A stretch of DNA of 64,000 nucleotides from Vicugna vicugna. Taxonomy: Eukaryota. The notes beneath the pieces are model-generated. The model made no database searches, was not told the DNA's origin, and worked only from the letters and a program-made list of their open reading frames with translations. The translations under genes and the position numbers were made by a program. The stretch spans positions 2,790,001 to 2,854,000 of the forward strand of contig MU058213.1 in the NCBI GenBank assembly GCA_013265495.1, written 5' to 3'. Below, one piece after another: positions 1 to 13,545 of the stretch (positions are counted from its first letter, which is position 1; the number at the start of each line of letters is the position of its first letter).

Positions 1-3000
1 ACCTGGAAGCTGCATGGTCCAAAAACACTAGATCAGAGAGGCCAATAGATAGAGCTGACTGCCCACAAAACAAAGTCAGGGATGGATGTGGAAGATTCCC
101 CTGCTGCCCCAATAAGAGGTGTTAATTCATAGCTCCACCCACTGCTGAGGGTAGCTCCCGGTCCCTTCTGTCCAAAAAAGCTGACAAGAGCTTGTGGAAG
201 CTCACAGCACAGGAACATTCGAGCAGAGACTGCAGAGCAAAGCAAGTAGTCCTGTTCACCCAGGGAACTTGGGCATGGGTCAGCTTGAGTCAAAAACACA
301 AAGTGCCTTACCGGTTCTCTGGCTATGCCTAGGCATGGAAACAAATTTATAGCCTACTCAGTGCTGAAAAAAAAAAAAAAAAGCCTTCAAGTCATCTGAC
401 CAGGAACCTAACCAAAGCACATGGGAAGCTGCAGAGCCCATCCAAAGGCTCTGATTACAGTGGCACTTGAACAGAGAGCACAGCCAGGGACTTTCCCCAT
501 CTCCAAAGCAAAACTGGTGGCCTTGCCTGGCTGGGGAATTCAGTGAACACTCTTGACTAATTTGAGTCCTCAAGTCTCAAACAACATGCTGTTCAGGTCA
601 TGGGCTCTCTTTTCCTGCCCCACCAAGGCAGGGAAGGTAATTCACAGCCCCTGGTTATTGCTGAGTATAGTGTCAAGCCCGGGTCATCTAGAAGCCTGAC
701 CACCAAAGGCAGTCATGGTTCCCATCCTACAGCCTTTCTTGAACAAGAAACCAAGCCAGCAGTCTTATTCAGTTGCTCTCAGCCTGCAGCACCCACCTAC
801 CCCCTCCCCCCAAACTCCCCTTCCCCACCTCAAGCCAGGCTCACGGCTCAGGCAGTGGTCTCAACCAAAAACAGACCCTGACGGCAAGCCCCATCTGCCC
901 AAGGACATTACCAGCAATGCATTCAGAAACACAAAACACAATGACTGGTATAAAATTATCTCTGCCAAAGCCAGTCTGTAAATTCTGGAAAAGGAGACTG
1001 CTGACTCAAATGCACAGATACCAATGTAAGCAATCAAGGATCATAAAAAATCAGGTGAATATGACACCACCAAAGGAAATTAACAAAACTTCAATAACTT
1101 ACCCTCAAGAAATAGAGATTTATGAACTGTCAGACAAAAAACTCAGAATAATCCTCTTAAAGAAGTTTAGTGAACTGCAAGAACTCACAATTACATAAAA
1201 TTAGGAAAACAATGCAAAAACCAAGTGAGTAGTTCAACAACAAAAAAATAGAAACCATAAAAAACACACACAAATCATACAGAGGAAAAATATAACCACT
1301 GGACTAAAAACTACAAGAGAGTCTCAGAAGCTGAACTGACCATGCAGAGGAAAGAATCCATGACTAAAAGACAGAAATACTGAAATTATACAGTCAGAGG
1401 AACAAAAGGAAAAAATGAATGAGAGTGAAGAAAGCCAACAGGACTTATGAGACAAAACTCAAAACAAACAATACTTGCATTATGGGAATTTCAGAAAAAG
1501 AAGAGAAAAGGACAGAAAATATACTTAGAGCAATACTGGCTGAAAAATTCCCAAACCTGATAAGGGAAATAGACATTCAGATCCATGAAGTCCAAAGAAT
1601 CCCATATAGGTTGAACCTGAATAGGGCTACACAGGACACATTGTAATTAAATTGCCTTAAGTCAAATACGAATAAATAATTTTGAAAGCAGCAAGAGAAC
1701 AGAGAAATTACACACAAGGGAACATACATAAAATGATCAGCAGATTTCTCAAGAGAAACTTTTCATGCCAGGAGAGAATGTGAAAATATATTCAAAATAT
1801 TGAAAGAAAAAAAAAAACTGTTAACCAAGAATTCCATACCCAAGCAAAGCTGTTCATCATAAATGAAGGAGAGTTAAAGACTTTTCCAAATAAACAAAAG
1901 CTGAGAAAGTTCATTAGCACTAGACCTGCCTTATAAGAAATTCTAAAGGAAGTTCTTTGTGTAGAAGTAAAAGGACACTAATATCATAAAAATATAAGAA
2001 GGTAGTGTAAAACTTACCCGTAATGGTAAATATATAGTGACACTAAGATTCTGCAATATGGTAATGGCAGTACATAATAATTCACCTACAAGTCTAGTTT
2101 AAAAGTTAAAAAGACAAATGTAGTAAGAATAACCATAACTACAGCCATCAGTTACTAATTACAAAATTAAAAAATATGTAAACTGTAACATCTACAACCT
2201 AAAACATGAGGGGGAGAAGAAGAAGTGTGAAGTTTAGGAATTCTAATAAAGTTAAATTGTTATCAGTTGAGAATAGTGTGTTATAATGTAAATTTATTTT
2301 ATGTAAGTTTCATGCGGAAATGTAGCCTCAAGGGGAAAATCTGTAGTAATTACACAAAACAACATGATTAAAAAAAGTCAAAGCGTATTGATACCAAAAG
2401 CCATCAACACACACCCCCCCACACACACACACACACACGAGAGCCAGATAATAAAAAGGAACAATGGATCTACAAAATACCCAGAAAACAATAAACAAAA
2501 TGGCAATAGTTTAAGTCCTTACCTATCAGTAGTTACTTTAAATGTAAATGAATTAAATTATGCAACCAAAAGATATAGAATGGCTGAATGGATAAAAAAC
2601 AAGATCCAAAGATATGCTGCCAGAAGAGACTCACTTAAAGGCACTCACAGACTGAGAATGAAGAAATTAAAGAGGATATTTCAAGCAAATAATGACCAAA
2701 AAAAAGCAGATGTAGCTATACTTATAATACACAAGATAGATGTTAAACTAAAAACGTTAACGATAAGGTCAATCTACCAAGAAAATAAAGCATTTGTAAA
2801 TATGTATGCACCCAACACTGGAATGCCTAAATACATAACACAAAAATTAACAGAAATAAAATGAGAAATAAACAGCAATATAATAATTGTTGGAGACTTT
2901 AAAATACCACTTTCAACAATATGCTCAACATCACTAGTCATTAGGCAAATGCAAATCAAAACCACTACGAGGGAAATGCAAGTCAAAAGCACTGTGAGAT

Positions 3001-4070
3001 CTTATCTCACACCTGTAAGATTAAAGAGACAACAAAAAATGCCAATGAGAATATAGAGAAAAGGGAACCCTTGTACACTGTTGTACATTGTCAACTGGTG
3101 TAGCCACTGTGGAAAACAGTATAGAGGTTTCTCAAAAAATTAAAACCAGAACTACCATGATCCAGTAATTCTACTTCTGGGAAAAAAGGAAACAAAAACA
3201 CTAATTGAAAAAGAAACCTGAAAGAAAAAAAAAGGAAAAAAAAGAAATCTGTATCCCAATGCACAACAGTCATGTTTACACTATACTGTAGTCTATTAAG
3301 TGTGCAACAGCATTATGTCTAAAAAATAATGTATATACCTTAATTTAAAAATATTTCATTGCTAAAAAAAATGCTAACCATCATCTGAGCTTTCAGTAAA
3401 TTGTAATCTCTTTGCTGGTGGAGGATGTTGCCTCAGCACTGACGGCTGCTGACTGATTAGAGGGTGGTTGCTGGAGGCTGGCATGATTGTTATTTTCTTA
3501 AAATAAGAACCAGTGAAGTTTGCCACATTGGTTGACTGGTCCTTGCAGGAACAATTTCTCTATAGCACGAAATACTGTTTGGTATCATTTTACACACAGT
3601 TGAACTTCTTTCAAAATTGGAGTCAATTCATGCAAAACCTGCTGGCACTTATCAACTACATTTATGTAATACTCTAAAATTTTTGTTGTCATTTCAACAA
3701 TGCATTAAGTTTGCAGTCCTATACGGGTGTGATCTGTGGTACCCCAAAACAATAACATCAAAGATCACCATAACAAATATAATAATGAAGAAGTTTAAAA
3801 TACTGGCCCAATTTCCAAAACGTGACACAGAAACTAAGGGAGCAAATGTTGCTGGAAAAGTGGTGCTGATAGACTCGCTTGACACAGAGTTGCCACAGAC
3901 CTTCAATTTGTTTAAAAAAAAAAAAAACTCTATCTGCAAAGCACAATAAAGCAAAGTGCAATAAATAAAATATGCCTGCGCATCAATGTTGTTCACAGTA
4001 GATTCAGAGTTCTCATCACAAGGGAAAAAATATTCATATTCATAATTTTCTTTTGTGTCTATACATGTCT
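1..4070 (+). mobile_element. Old LINE-1 (L1M/L1MA-like): 5'UTR, decayed ORF1, ORF2 endonuclease start, large internal deletion, ORF2 3' piece and 3'UTR remnant; interrupted by Tigger1
   Basis: ORF1-like peptides (NMTPPKE..EIEIYELSDKKLRIILLKKFSELQE; AEKFPNL..IDIQIHEVQRIP) at ~1020-1980. EN start PYLSVVTLNVNELN..KRYRMAEWIK at ~2500-2920. Then a jump to ORF2 3' sequence (atgctcaacatcactag..gcaaatcaaaaccact) and a 3'UTR remnant (agagttctcatcacaag) at ~4005-4070. Confidence 0.85.
3269..3978 (-). mobile_element. Tigger1 (TcMar-Tigger) DNA transposon, internally deleted, 3' terminus missing
   Basis: Reverse complement starts CAGGCATA..TTTATTGCACTTTGCTTTATTGTGCTTTGCAGATA..AAATTGAAGGTCTGTGGCAAC (Tigger1 5' end) and ends ..ACATAATGCTGTTGCACACTTAATAGACTACAGTATAGTGTAAACAT (Tigger1 3' subterminal region). 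Confidence 0.9.
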
Positions 4071-5203
4071 TCTATCTACTCTTAGACCTCATAGTTCTTA
4101 AGAAGATGCTATCTGCATCTCCTTCAGGGCTGAACACAGTGCACCTTTTATATTCCAGGTTCTCAGAATGTATTTGTGGAATGAACAAGTGAAAATAGGG
4201 CATCAACACAGTATATTTATTAACCTCCATTTTCTATAAATTCTTTTCCTGTAGGTTTACACAGGCTTGACTGCTCCAAGTTTGGGGAGTTAAATTTTAA
4301 AATATTTTTACTAATACTTAGCTTGGCTCTAGCATGAGAATATAGGGGGCAAAAAAAAAGGCAAACAAAACAGAACAAAGCAAAGGCACAATCAATGCCC
4401 TCAAGTAAGTGTTGATCCTTTAGGAGTAGTAAGGTTCACAATAATGTAACTAGAGAAGATTGAAAAACAGTATTTAATGAACATTAAATATTATCAACAA
4501 TATAAATGCAGAAATTTATGAGTATGTAACAGATTTACAGTTTCAATCATCTGCCTCTTTATTATGAACCCATCTCCTTTGCAAAATGAGTAACATTTTC
4601 CAGAATAAGCCTGTCCACTAACAGTTTCCCAGTGAAGATGTTTAGGAGTTAAGTGTCCCAATGAAACCAAAAAAACATTTTATGGGCAGTGACTTTTCGC
4701 TCCTTGGAACAATCACCATCATCAAGTTGGCATCTTCATTAGACTGCATTATTTATGACTTTATAAATGCTTCCTCCTATTCCAAATGGCTCTGAGTTCC
4801 CTTCATCAATAAATCAATAAATCATGTCTGTAACTCAGATATTCTCCTCAGGTGTTTATTAAAGGCAAGCCATTTGCCAAGGAGCAAAAAATTCACAAAG
4901 TCAAATAAACTTGGAAGACTTGTTTTTCTAAAGTTTGTGAGAATTACTAGATGGGTTTCTAAATTTCCTTCCAAGTTCAGGTTTCTGTGATTAGATAAAC
5001 ACACACACATATGTATTATACATATAAATAATTGTCATTCATCTACTCTTGCAATACTTGAATTCTTTATAATAACTTCGTATCAGTAGTACCATTTATA
5101 TTGAATGTATTTGATATTCAAATAAACTCCTTTTATTGAAATAGAGTGATGATTTTAGAGAGCTGATAGATGGATTGTCAGACAAGGAGATAAAATTTTA
5201 ACA

Positions 5204-5435
5204 GGTAAGAGCTTGGCCTCTAGAAACAGGGAGACCTGAACTTGAATCCCAGCCCTATTACTTGCTACATATGTACTATTTGGCAAATTACTTTGTTTCC
5301 AGGCCTTAATATCCCCATCTGTAAAATGGACATGATAATAATACTTACTCTGAAAGGTGCTGTAAATACTAAATGAAATTATGCATATTGAGTATAAAAT
5401 TCTGGCACATAGTAAGTGCTCAGTAAGTGTTAACT
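5204..5435 (+). mobile_element. MIR SINE
   Basis: ttgaatcccagccct..ggcaaattactt..ccccatctgtaaaatgg..tggcacatagtaagtgctcagtaagtgtta (MIR core and tail). Confidence 0.85.
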
Positions 5436-5724
5436 CATTAATTTAATCAAATGACCAAATGTTCTAAAATGCAAATCTTTAATGAAACTGAGTGATGTTC
5501 AGGGCCCAGCTGCTATTTTTTCCCTCCATGGACCACTCAAGAAAGGGCTGGTAGGATGTAACCATTATTTTCAGCAGATATATAATCATCTGGCTATCTG
5601 TAAGAGAATATCCTCTCTTTCCCCTTAATTCAAGTTTCTACTAGTCCTAAAGAACACAGACTTCCATTAATGTGTTATTCTGTGCCGTCCCTCCAAGTCT
5701 TAGAAGTTTTCTCTGACAAAAGTT

Positions 5725-6045
5725 TACCTTCCCCGCTTTCTTGCCTGTAGAACTCCTAACAAACCTTTCAAGAGTCAGCCCAGGTACTTCCTCCTCTGTC
5801 AATACTCCCTCTCACCTAAGAAGCACAATCACTCACTTCCTCTCTTCTTCCACCAAAGAACGTGCAGATGCCTTTAACTACTGTAACTATTTCTTAATTA
5901 TTTGTTGACCTGTCAGTCTCCCTGGCTAGCCCATGAGCTTGCTGAAGGCAGATACTACATCTTATTTATCTCTGCATTGCTGGTACACAGCATAGAGCCT
6001 GACATCAAATAAGAGATAAGGAAATATTGAATTAATGACTAAACA
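5725..6045 (+). mobile_element. L2 LINE 3' end
   Basis: ctttcaagagtcagccc..cctcctctg..atgagcttgctgaaggcag..cttatttatctctgcat..gcctgacat..tgaattaatga. Confidence 0.7.
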
Positions 6046-6134
6046 AAATATAGTATACTATAAAATGACTCAATTTCATAGGTTAAATCTGTTAGGGAAG
6101 TTATATGGTACTATGGTAAAAGTCACTAGACAGA

Positions 6135-6585
6135 TGTATCACTTAAGAGTAGGTTCAATTTCATGTGCTGAAAACCCAAAATAACAAGGGTTTAAACAAG
6201 TCCAGAGTTAGGCACTTTAGTGCCAATATGACCATCCCACAGTCATTGTTATCAGGACTCTAGCTCCTTCAAGCTGTCAATTATACCAACCCTAGGATAT
6301 AACTCCTGTCTTTTTGGTTTAAAATGGAAGCCAATGCTCCAGTCACCACTTTGATATTCTATCATATTCCAGCAGTGGAAAAGAAAATGAGGATGAAGGG
6401 CATGTTCCTCTTAAGATGGCATCTTGGAAGTACTACACAGTACTTTGGCTTACTGGTTAGAACTTGGTCACATAGCCGAAGGTGTTACCAGTGCTAAGAG
6501 GTAATCAGGCATTTCCCATACAGGTTCTGCCACCAGAGGAAAATCAGTGAGTCCACATTAGGATCATGCAGCAATCTCTACCACA
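6135..6585 (-). mobile_element. Old MaLR LTR (MLT1J/K-like)
   Basis: tgtatcacttaag..aaaacccaaaataacaagggtttaaacaag..aaaatggaagcc..ttactggttagaacttggtcacatagcc..tctaccaca pattern. Confidence 0.6.
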
Positions 6586-9000
6586 ATAAGTAATCAGAGA
6601 CCATCCCAGTCACTTCTCAGCATGTTAGTTTACTGCATCATAAAGAGGTTGGATCAGATCTCTAAGATCCCTTGCAAATCTTCCCTCTTTGTCTATTATT
6701 ATGAAATATACATATATTAGAGCTGCACATGGTGAAAAAAACAAAGTACAGTACACTTAACCTATGACTTTGTGATCATTTTAATCCCCCAAATCTGTAT
6801 TTCAAAGGGTTCCACCATCAAAAGATCCAGAAAACATGGAAAAGTGTTGGGACAAACCAGTATTTTAGAAGAAGAAAACATTTTTAAAAGAACTTTTAAA
6901 AAATATTTTTGTAATGTTCAAGATACATCTAAGCCTTTGTCAGCAATGGGTATTTCAAGAGTCAATACTTTCATTATCTCCATCAATCTCCCCAAGAGCC
7001 CCCAATTAAAGTGTATCATTGATAAAGACCATGGAGGTTTCCCCAGTTTTGTACTAAGTATGAGTAAAAATACCTTTAGATATCTATTATTTTTACTGAG
7101 CTGTAACAATAAAAGCAGTTAGCTTGTGAAACAAATGCAGCTTTAGAACAAGCCCCCCACACTTCATACAACCCTTTCACTATGCTTGATGGCCAAAACT
7201 CTCCCCCATTAAATTCCAAGAAACACCACCCCCTTCTTCCTGTGAGTAGGAAAATTACAGCCAAAAATCAAGGCATTCTATAACAAAGAGTTTTTATAGC
7301 TGTCATGTACTAATGGCTCTAGTAATTCTTTAATCATAGTCATTTCAGCCACTTACAAGCTGCTGCCAATCCAGCATTGAAAGGATTCTTCCTATCTCCC
7401 AATATAAACACTGGTCAAAATATCAATCTGAGGTGTCTCTGTGAAGCCACAGATAATAATCAGCCAAAGGGGTGTGGCTGTGCCCTCTTTGGCAATAGCA
7501 GATATGAAATATTAGCTCAATTTCCTGCCCCCAAAAAGTGAACCCCTATGAGATTGCTGCTTTTGTCTTGTTTTCTATACTCACTTGTTAACTGTCATTC
7601 CAGAGCAATCCAATTAGATTTCGAAGTTCTGTCACATGAATACACATCAGAAAATTGAGCTGCTTTCTTAATGAATGTGCCTCATAGCCCTATCTTTGTA
7701 ACTCTTTTGAAACTAGAATTTTTTTCCATCATTCAGCCTTGACTGGTAGTAAGAAACATTAAAACGCTATTCCCATAGATAAATAATTTTCAGGAGCACA
7801 CTCAGATTGAAGGAGGTACATTCCTTCAGTGCTGTCAACCACTTACCAATTAACTGAGTCTCACATCAAGTCCCTGGGGACTACGAAGCCAGTACCACTC
7901 ACATGCCCCCAAGGGGGAAGGCAGATCATGAAGTGACCCAGTCCGCATCTCAGAAACAACCTGTGCCTGAAGGAAGGTAAGACAGCCCAAGCGCCTAGTG
8001 TCTTCCTTTGTGTTTTGACAGCAGCTAAACCAACAACAACAACAAAAATGAGGCAGTTTTGAGTTTGAGTCTCTTGCTGACAAAATGGAAAGTGAATATA
8101 AAGATTGTCCTTGGGCACTAAATGTCCAGTGGTAATGGAACCAGCCATCCCTGTTGTCCCTGGAAGGATGCCACCAGTACATTCTCCAGTCATATGGGAA
8201 ACAAGCGTCTCACTCCACCTTCATCCAGTGCGCGCTCCTTTCTAGCCAGAGCAAAGCTTAATCACTACAACTTTTATTACCTCCCAATTCTCATAAACCT
8301 CTTTCCAGGCCACAGTCCTGTCAAAAACACTGTATTCCCATTAGAAAATCATTCAAAAGATTCCTGTAATCTACTGGATAAAATCCAAACTTTGCATTCA
8401 TTATGCCCAATTTCTGTACTTTGGGAATTTTGTTTTCAGCACCTAGATAATACATAGATTATATCAAAATTACTGTGAATTGCTGAGCCCCTCAAAAAGA
8501 AAATTTTCCAAAGCACAAACATAACAAAGAAAAGCATGGAGCTAAAACACGAATGATAGGTGATGTCAGAAACTAGGGCTATCTCGGAACAATGCTGATG
8601 CTGGAAACTAGAGCCCTAGGGATTCAGTGCTTCGAAGAAAACAGAAATCTAGGAATGTGTTTGCAAAGGGTATGCATTTATGTGCAGAAAGTGACTCTCA
8701 GAGCCACTCCTAGAGCCAAGACCCTGCAAAGGGCAACACAGTCATGGAAAAGTAGAGAAAATCTACCTTCCCGCAGTAATGGAAACCCATTCATCCCTGC
8801 TAACACTATGTGCAAAGTCATGACAACAGTAAGAGTCTCCCCTGAGGACTCCCCTCACATCGTCATCGAATGAGCAGTAACTGCACAGTAGGGAAAAGCC
8901 TGATTCAAGCAGTTAAAGCAGCCCTAAAAAGGCCTTAGAAGTTGTCAGAGAGAAGTCATATCATCCACGAGGAACTACAATTAGATTGACGGCAAACTTC

Positions 9001-9513
9001 CCAAGAACAAAAACTGCACTGGGCAAGGTTCACTAAATAAGGAAGACTATATTGAAGACTGCTGAAATTAGAATGCAGAGTGAACGCAACTCTGTTGAAA
9101 CCCAGGGTGGGCAAGTTTCTAGCAACTAAGGTGGGAGGATCATAGGCAATCTGTGTTTGCTAACTGGCTTCACCCAAAGGAAAGTAAACTTCCTGGCATC
9201 TTTAGGACAGGAGGCAGTTTCACAGCTTAGAGCAAGGCACCCACAAGAGTTAGGCTCCCCCTCTCACCCGGCACCAGTTTCCTTCATGATAACATTTCAA
9301 ATGGATGGCTGCAAGGTACTCGAGACACCCTGATTTGTAAAACTGGCAAGAAGGTTTTAAAAAGATTTACAGATTTATACCTTAAAGGGACAGAGAAAGT
9401 GTTTACTTTAGAAAACTTGTAATAATTGCAAATCCTAAGGAAAAAGTAGTCAGTGACTTAGAGCTTAAAAAAAAAGCCTGTCTAAAGTTTGGTGAAAGGG
9501 AAGCTGTCTTAGT
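9001..9513 (-). mobile_element. ERV1 solo LTR, MER31-like
   Basis: caagaacaaaaactgcact..atctgtgtttgctaa..gttaggctcc..acatttcaaa.ggatggct..ttgtaaaactggcaaga..agcctgtctaaagttt, as recalled for MER31 reverse strand. Confidence 0.75.
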
Positions 9514-9539
9514 TAAGAATTAGAGATAAGATTTATTAA

Positions 9540-9800
9540 TCTACCTTCATAGTGTGAGATTTAACATCTCTCCATAATTGATAGGTCAAACAGGCAAATA
9601 TTTTAAAAAATAAATGAAACACGTAAGCAACACAATTAGCATTTTGCTTTACTGGCACAACTAATAGAGAATCCTTTATAAGAATACATAGAATATTTAT
9701 AAATATAGATCATTTAGCAGACTGTAAAGCAAGAAATTTCAAACTATGATACAAATGCTTTCTGATCACAAAACAATTAGGTTAGAAAACCAAAATATTT
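9540..9800 (+). mobile_element. Very old L1 ORF2 (endonuclease) fragment
   Basis: gatttaacatctctcc..attgataggtcaaacaggcaaa..tttctgatcacaaaacaattaggttagaaa. Confidence 0.55.
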
Positions 9801-10168
9801 TATTCTTTTTTTCAATAACAATATTTTTAGTGATCTAGTATTTGCCAAGCCTCTTTCTTGATGAGATGGGGGAAGATTTGGTAATGATGCTGAGATCTCA
9901 AATTAATAACTGGATGGAGGGATGGATGAGGGCCAATTAACCAAGATGCCTTCACCCATTTAACAGGTATTATTTCAGCCCTCTCGTGTTCCTGGTTTAT
10001 GACATTCAAAATTTTTCTATGCCCGACTCATTTTAGCAGTATTTTCCCAACTGCACCCTTAAAATACAATCTAGTCCCTACTGTATACTACACAAAAAAG
10101 TTGGTTCTTAATGAAGACATCCATCTCCCACCTCCACCCCCGCCACCCGCAGCCCCAGCTCACCAGAG

Positions 10169-10232
10169 AGAAGTAGAATGGCTCTGCACAGGAAAATCAG
10201 CAGAAAGAAGTAGAATGGCTCTGCACAGGAAA
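10169..10232. repeat. Local tandem duplication, 27-bp identical core, period 37
   Basis: agaagtagaatggctctgcacaggaaa at 10169-10195 and 10206-10232. Confidence 0.9.
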
Positions 10233-11604
10233 GGAAAACAAACCAGTTCTTACAAAAATACCTGACATTAATATCAACTAGATCTTACTTCAATTTCCAG
10301 CACAAAATGTCTTTAACTTTCTCTTATGCTGACTACCACTGAATTTCTATCAAATGCACAAATCTTTCCCCTTATCCTGCTGGACTCACAGCTTAACTAC
10401 ATTTATGAGCCTCCCTTAAAGTCATGTAGAGCCAGCCACAAGACCAAGCCCTAAATAATAAAGTGTGCGTGGTTGTGATGAAAACTCAGTGTGGCCCATA
10501 AACTCTGCTACAAATTCTCTCTTCCCTTCCACCCTCTGGCTGAAGAGGAATTCAAGTGTCAGCAGAAAACAGACCCATTAGGTGAGTTTTATTTTTTCCT
10601 AATATCACTACCAAATACACTGTCTGTCCCGCTGCTCAAGATCTTTCACATGCCAACTTGAATTTAGCAACAGACGAAGTCATGTCTCATCTAAAGAATT
10701 AGTGTACTTCCATTTATTATACAAACCCTCATGCTTCATTCTTTCTTTCTCGGCCAGGAAATTCAGAGCTAAATGTAAACAAAGCCAATTTCTCACCGTT
10801 AATTAACTGCTTAACATTATCTTAATCCTTACTAATAGGTATTTTTTAATCTGTCTCAGTTTCTTTTGAAATTGGGTAAGACAGAATTATTATAAGTACA
10901 ATGAATGCTATTCAGGTTATGCCTGTTCATGCAGTTCCCCACACCTAAAATGTATTTTCCCCCCTCTCTTGTTGAATCCCACTCAACCTTCCAGACCTAA
11001 TACAAATACTGCTTCCTCTATGAAGTTATCCTTCCATGACTCCAGCTTACTTGGTCCTTTTCCTTTCAGATCTCTTAATGTATATCTTGTCCCTAAAACA
11101 TGTCACTGTTTATACTAATTAATGTTTCCGTACAGCCCATTTAACATCAAAATTAACACAGTCTCATCCTGCATGGAAACAGTTGTACTTCCAGTATCCC
11201 TACAGGCACATGGATGGAGCCCTTCCCCCCACTCCTCATCCAAAGCCCACAAGAGAGGAAACCACAAGTTCTTGCCACACCATTCAGCCGGCTAATTGAC
11301 TATTTTCCTTCTAACCATTATATTCTAGTTCTCAGGTTCAAAATAAAAGCTTCAAGAGAATTTTTACAGATCATGATGTCTTCACGAGAGCCTGGTAAAA
11401 TGCTGGGTATATACAGAATGTTCTCCAACAACTGACTATGACTCATAGGCTGAATAACTCAGGAGTGACTAAAACCAAACCCGAGGATTTTAATGCCCAC
11501 AATGGAATTACTTGGCCCAAATTCTACAACTATAAAATGCTGGCTTAGCTTCCTACTGTTTCATCTCAGAAGCTCTTCGCCAGAAAGAGAAAGCAAGCTA
11601 CAGT

Positions 11605-11830
11605 CAAAGAGAATGAGCTCTGGAGTTCTGGCAGAAGGACTTTTGAAACTTGGATCTGCTTGAATGCCATGACCTTGGTCATGTTCCCTCATCTCACTCG
11701 ACCTCAAATTTCTCTTCTCCAAGATACGAATGACGGTTAGTAACCTCAAAAGGTTGCATGAGGAGTAAATAAGATATTACCTACAATGCAGATGACACAG
11801 TGTCTTGCCCAAAGGCTCACTCACCAAGAT
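11605..11830 (+). mobile_element. MIR SINE
   Basis: aagagaatgagctctggagtt..tgaccttggtcatgtt..cctcaaatttctc..ggttgcatgaggagtaaataagat. Confidence 0.65.
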
Positions 11831-13089
11831 TTCCCCTTCTCCCCTTCTAGAGAAATGTATTCCCTCATCTTCACGCCCCTGCTTTACTTTCTGACCCAAT
11901 GTTCATACACACTCAAACGCATCACTTTGGCACTTTAGGGCTCCACGTCCTGATGTATCGTTCTCCACATAGGATTAGAATTTCATAGGCTGTGAATCCT
12001 CACAAATTGGAAAATTACAAGATGTCGAATCAGATTTGTGATTATCCCAGTTTTTCAGTTTTATGACAATGAGGAAATAACAAGCAACCTTTCCTTGCAA
12101 GTCATCAAGAAAGATCTGCATTTACTGCTGTCTGAGATCCAACTACTTCCTGGGGAAGCAGAGGCCACACACAAGAGCCTGTTGTTACAGTTCAGAGCTC
12201 TGCAGTCTGTGTAGTGAGAATGTCCTACCTTCATTTTGAAGCCTAAAGTAAAATCAACAGGAGAGTGCAAATAATCATGGAAATTAATCTATTTAAACAA
12301 TTATTAACAGTGCTAAGATTCATTATTAGTTGTATATTTTGAATTAGCCGCCTATGACACGTGATTTCTAATTTCATACACACCCTTCCAGCATGGTCTT
12401 TTGAAGTTTCTTAACCCTTAAAAAGCCTTTTTCCAATAGACATTTTGAGCAATTATATTCAAAGATACGGATTTTGACTGTGCCTTCTACCTATTGTTCT
12501 GTTCCCAAATTTAACTTTCTAAACACATATAATGTCAAGTCTGTAATTGTCTTACTTTTTAAATTATTTCCAATGTTCTCAGCCTATATGAAATCTCTCT
12601 GTGTTAACTGTTAAGCTGATATATAAGTGAAAACCCAATGTTTATTGGTGATTTAAAAACTGGAAGTACTATTTCAAAATACGGACAAGTAATTCCTGAA
12701 AGTATTATTGATACAATGGTGAGTTTTGTAGGAAGAATACATTTAAGGTATCTTTCTATGATGAATGTTTTAAGTCAACTTTGAACTATTCTGAGCCTTT
12801 ACACATGTAATTACACTAAGTAAAAAGAAATGTGCACAGTATTATTTAAGTACAACTTCCAGTCTCAAGGAGTACTTGGCTTTTGAGACAGTATCAGCCA
12901 TTGCTAATTGCAGAGATGAGCTGCCTAAGAACAGAGAGAGTCTCAAAATGACAAATTCAGCTTTTGCATCCATTTAGTGGGGAGGGATTTTGGCTTCCAA
13001 GAAGGAAAGCAAAAAAGATAAGAGAGTTAGGTGTAAAGAAAGGATTAAGACAAGGATAAAGACAAATACAACAACTGAAGAAAAGAAAG

Positions 13090-13373
13090 TTACAGGATTG
13101 TGCACTTAAAAACCTCCTGTCTTTAAATTAATTAAGCCTTCTCCCAGGCCACTCCCACTCCCACATCCCCACCTCCTTAAATCCATTGCCAAGGTCAGGG
13201 GGCAATTCCCCCAAGGCTCTCCTTAGTAGTTTCCACCCCCCTCTCGGGCTATACTGCCTCTCCATTTTTATTGTCTCGTAAGCAAGCCATGTTTGCTAAC
13301 AAAACCCTTCTTGTGTTTTTCCTGTCAAGACATGGCCACCTGAGTGGGGGCCTCACCTAATTTCAGACCCAAC
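13090..13373 (+). mobile_element. LTR 3' part (ERV-like)
   Basis: TATA-like ccttaaatcc, polyA-like ctaacaaaaccc and a terminal ..ctaatttcagacccaac typical of an LTR U5 end. Confidence 0.45.
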
Positions 13374-13439
13374 CTGCTGCCAAGAGATCAACTGCTCACT
13401 GAATAGGTATGAAGAAACCTGAGAGTAAAAATTAAAGAC

Positions 13440-13545
13440 TGGGAAAGAGAATACATGGGAACTCTCAGTACTTTCTGCTAAATTTTGCTGTGAACCTAAA
13501 ACTGCTGTAAAAAAAGAAAAACAAAACAACTATCTATTAAGAAAT
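13440..13545 (+). mobile_element. L1MC-like 3'UTR end
   Basis: atgggaactctcagtactttctgctaaattttgctgtgaacctaaaactgct followed by an A-rich tail. Confidence 0.75.
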
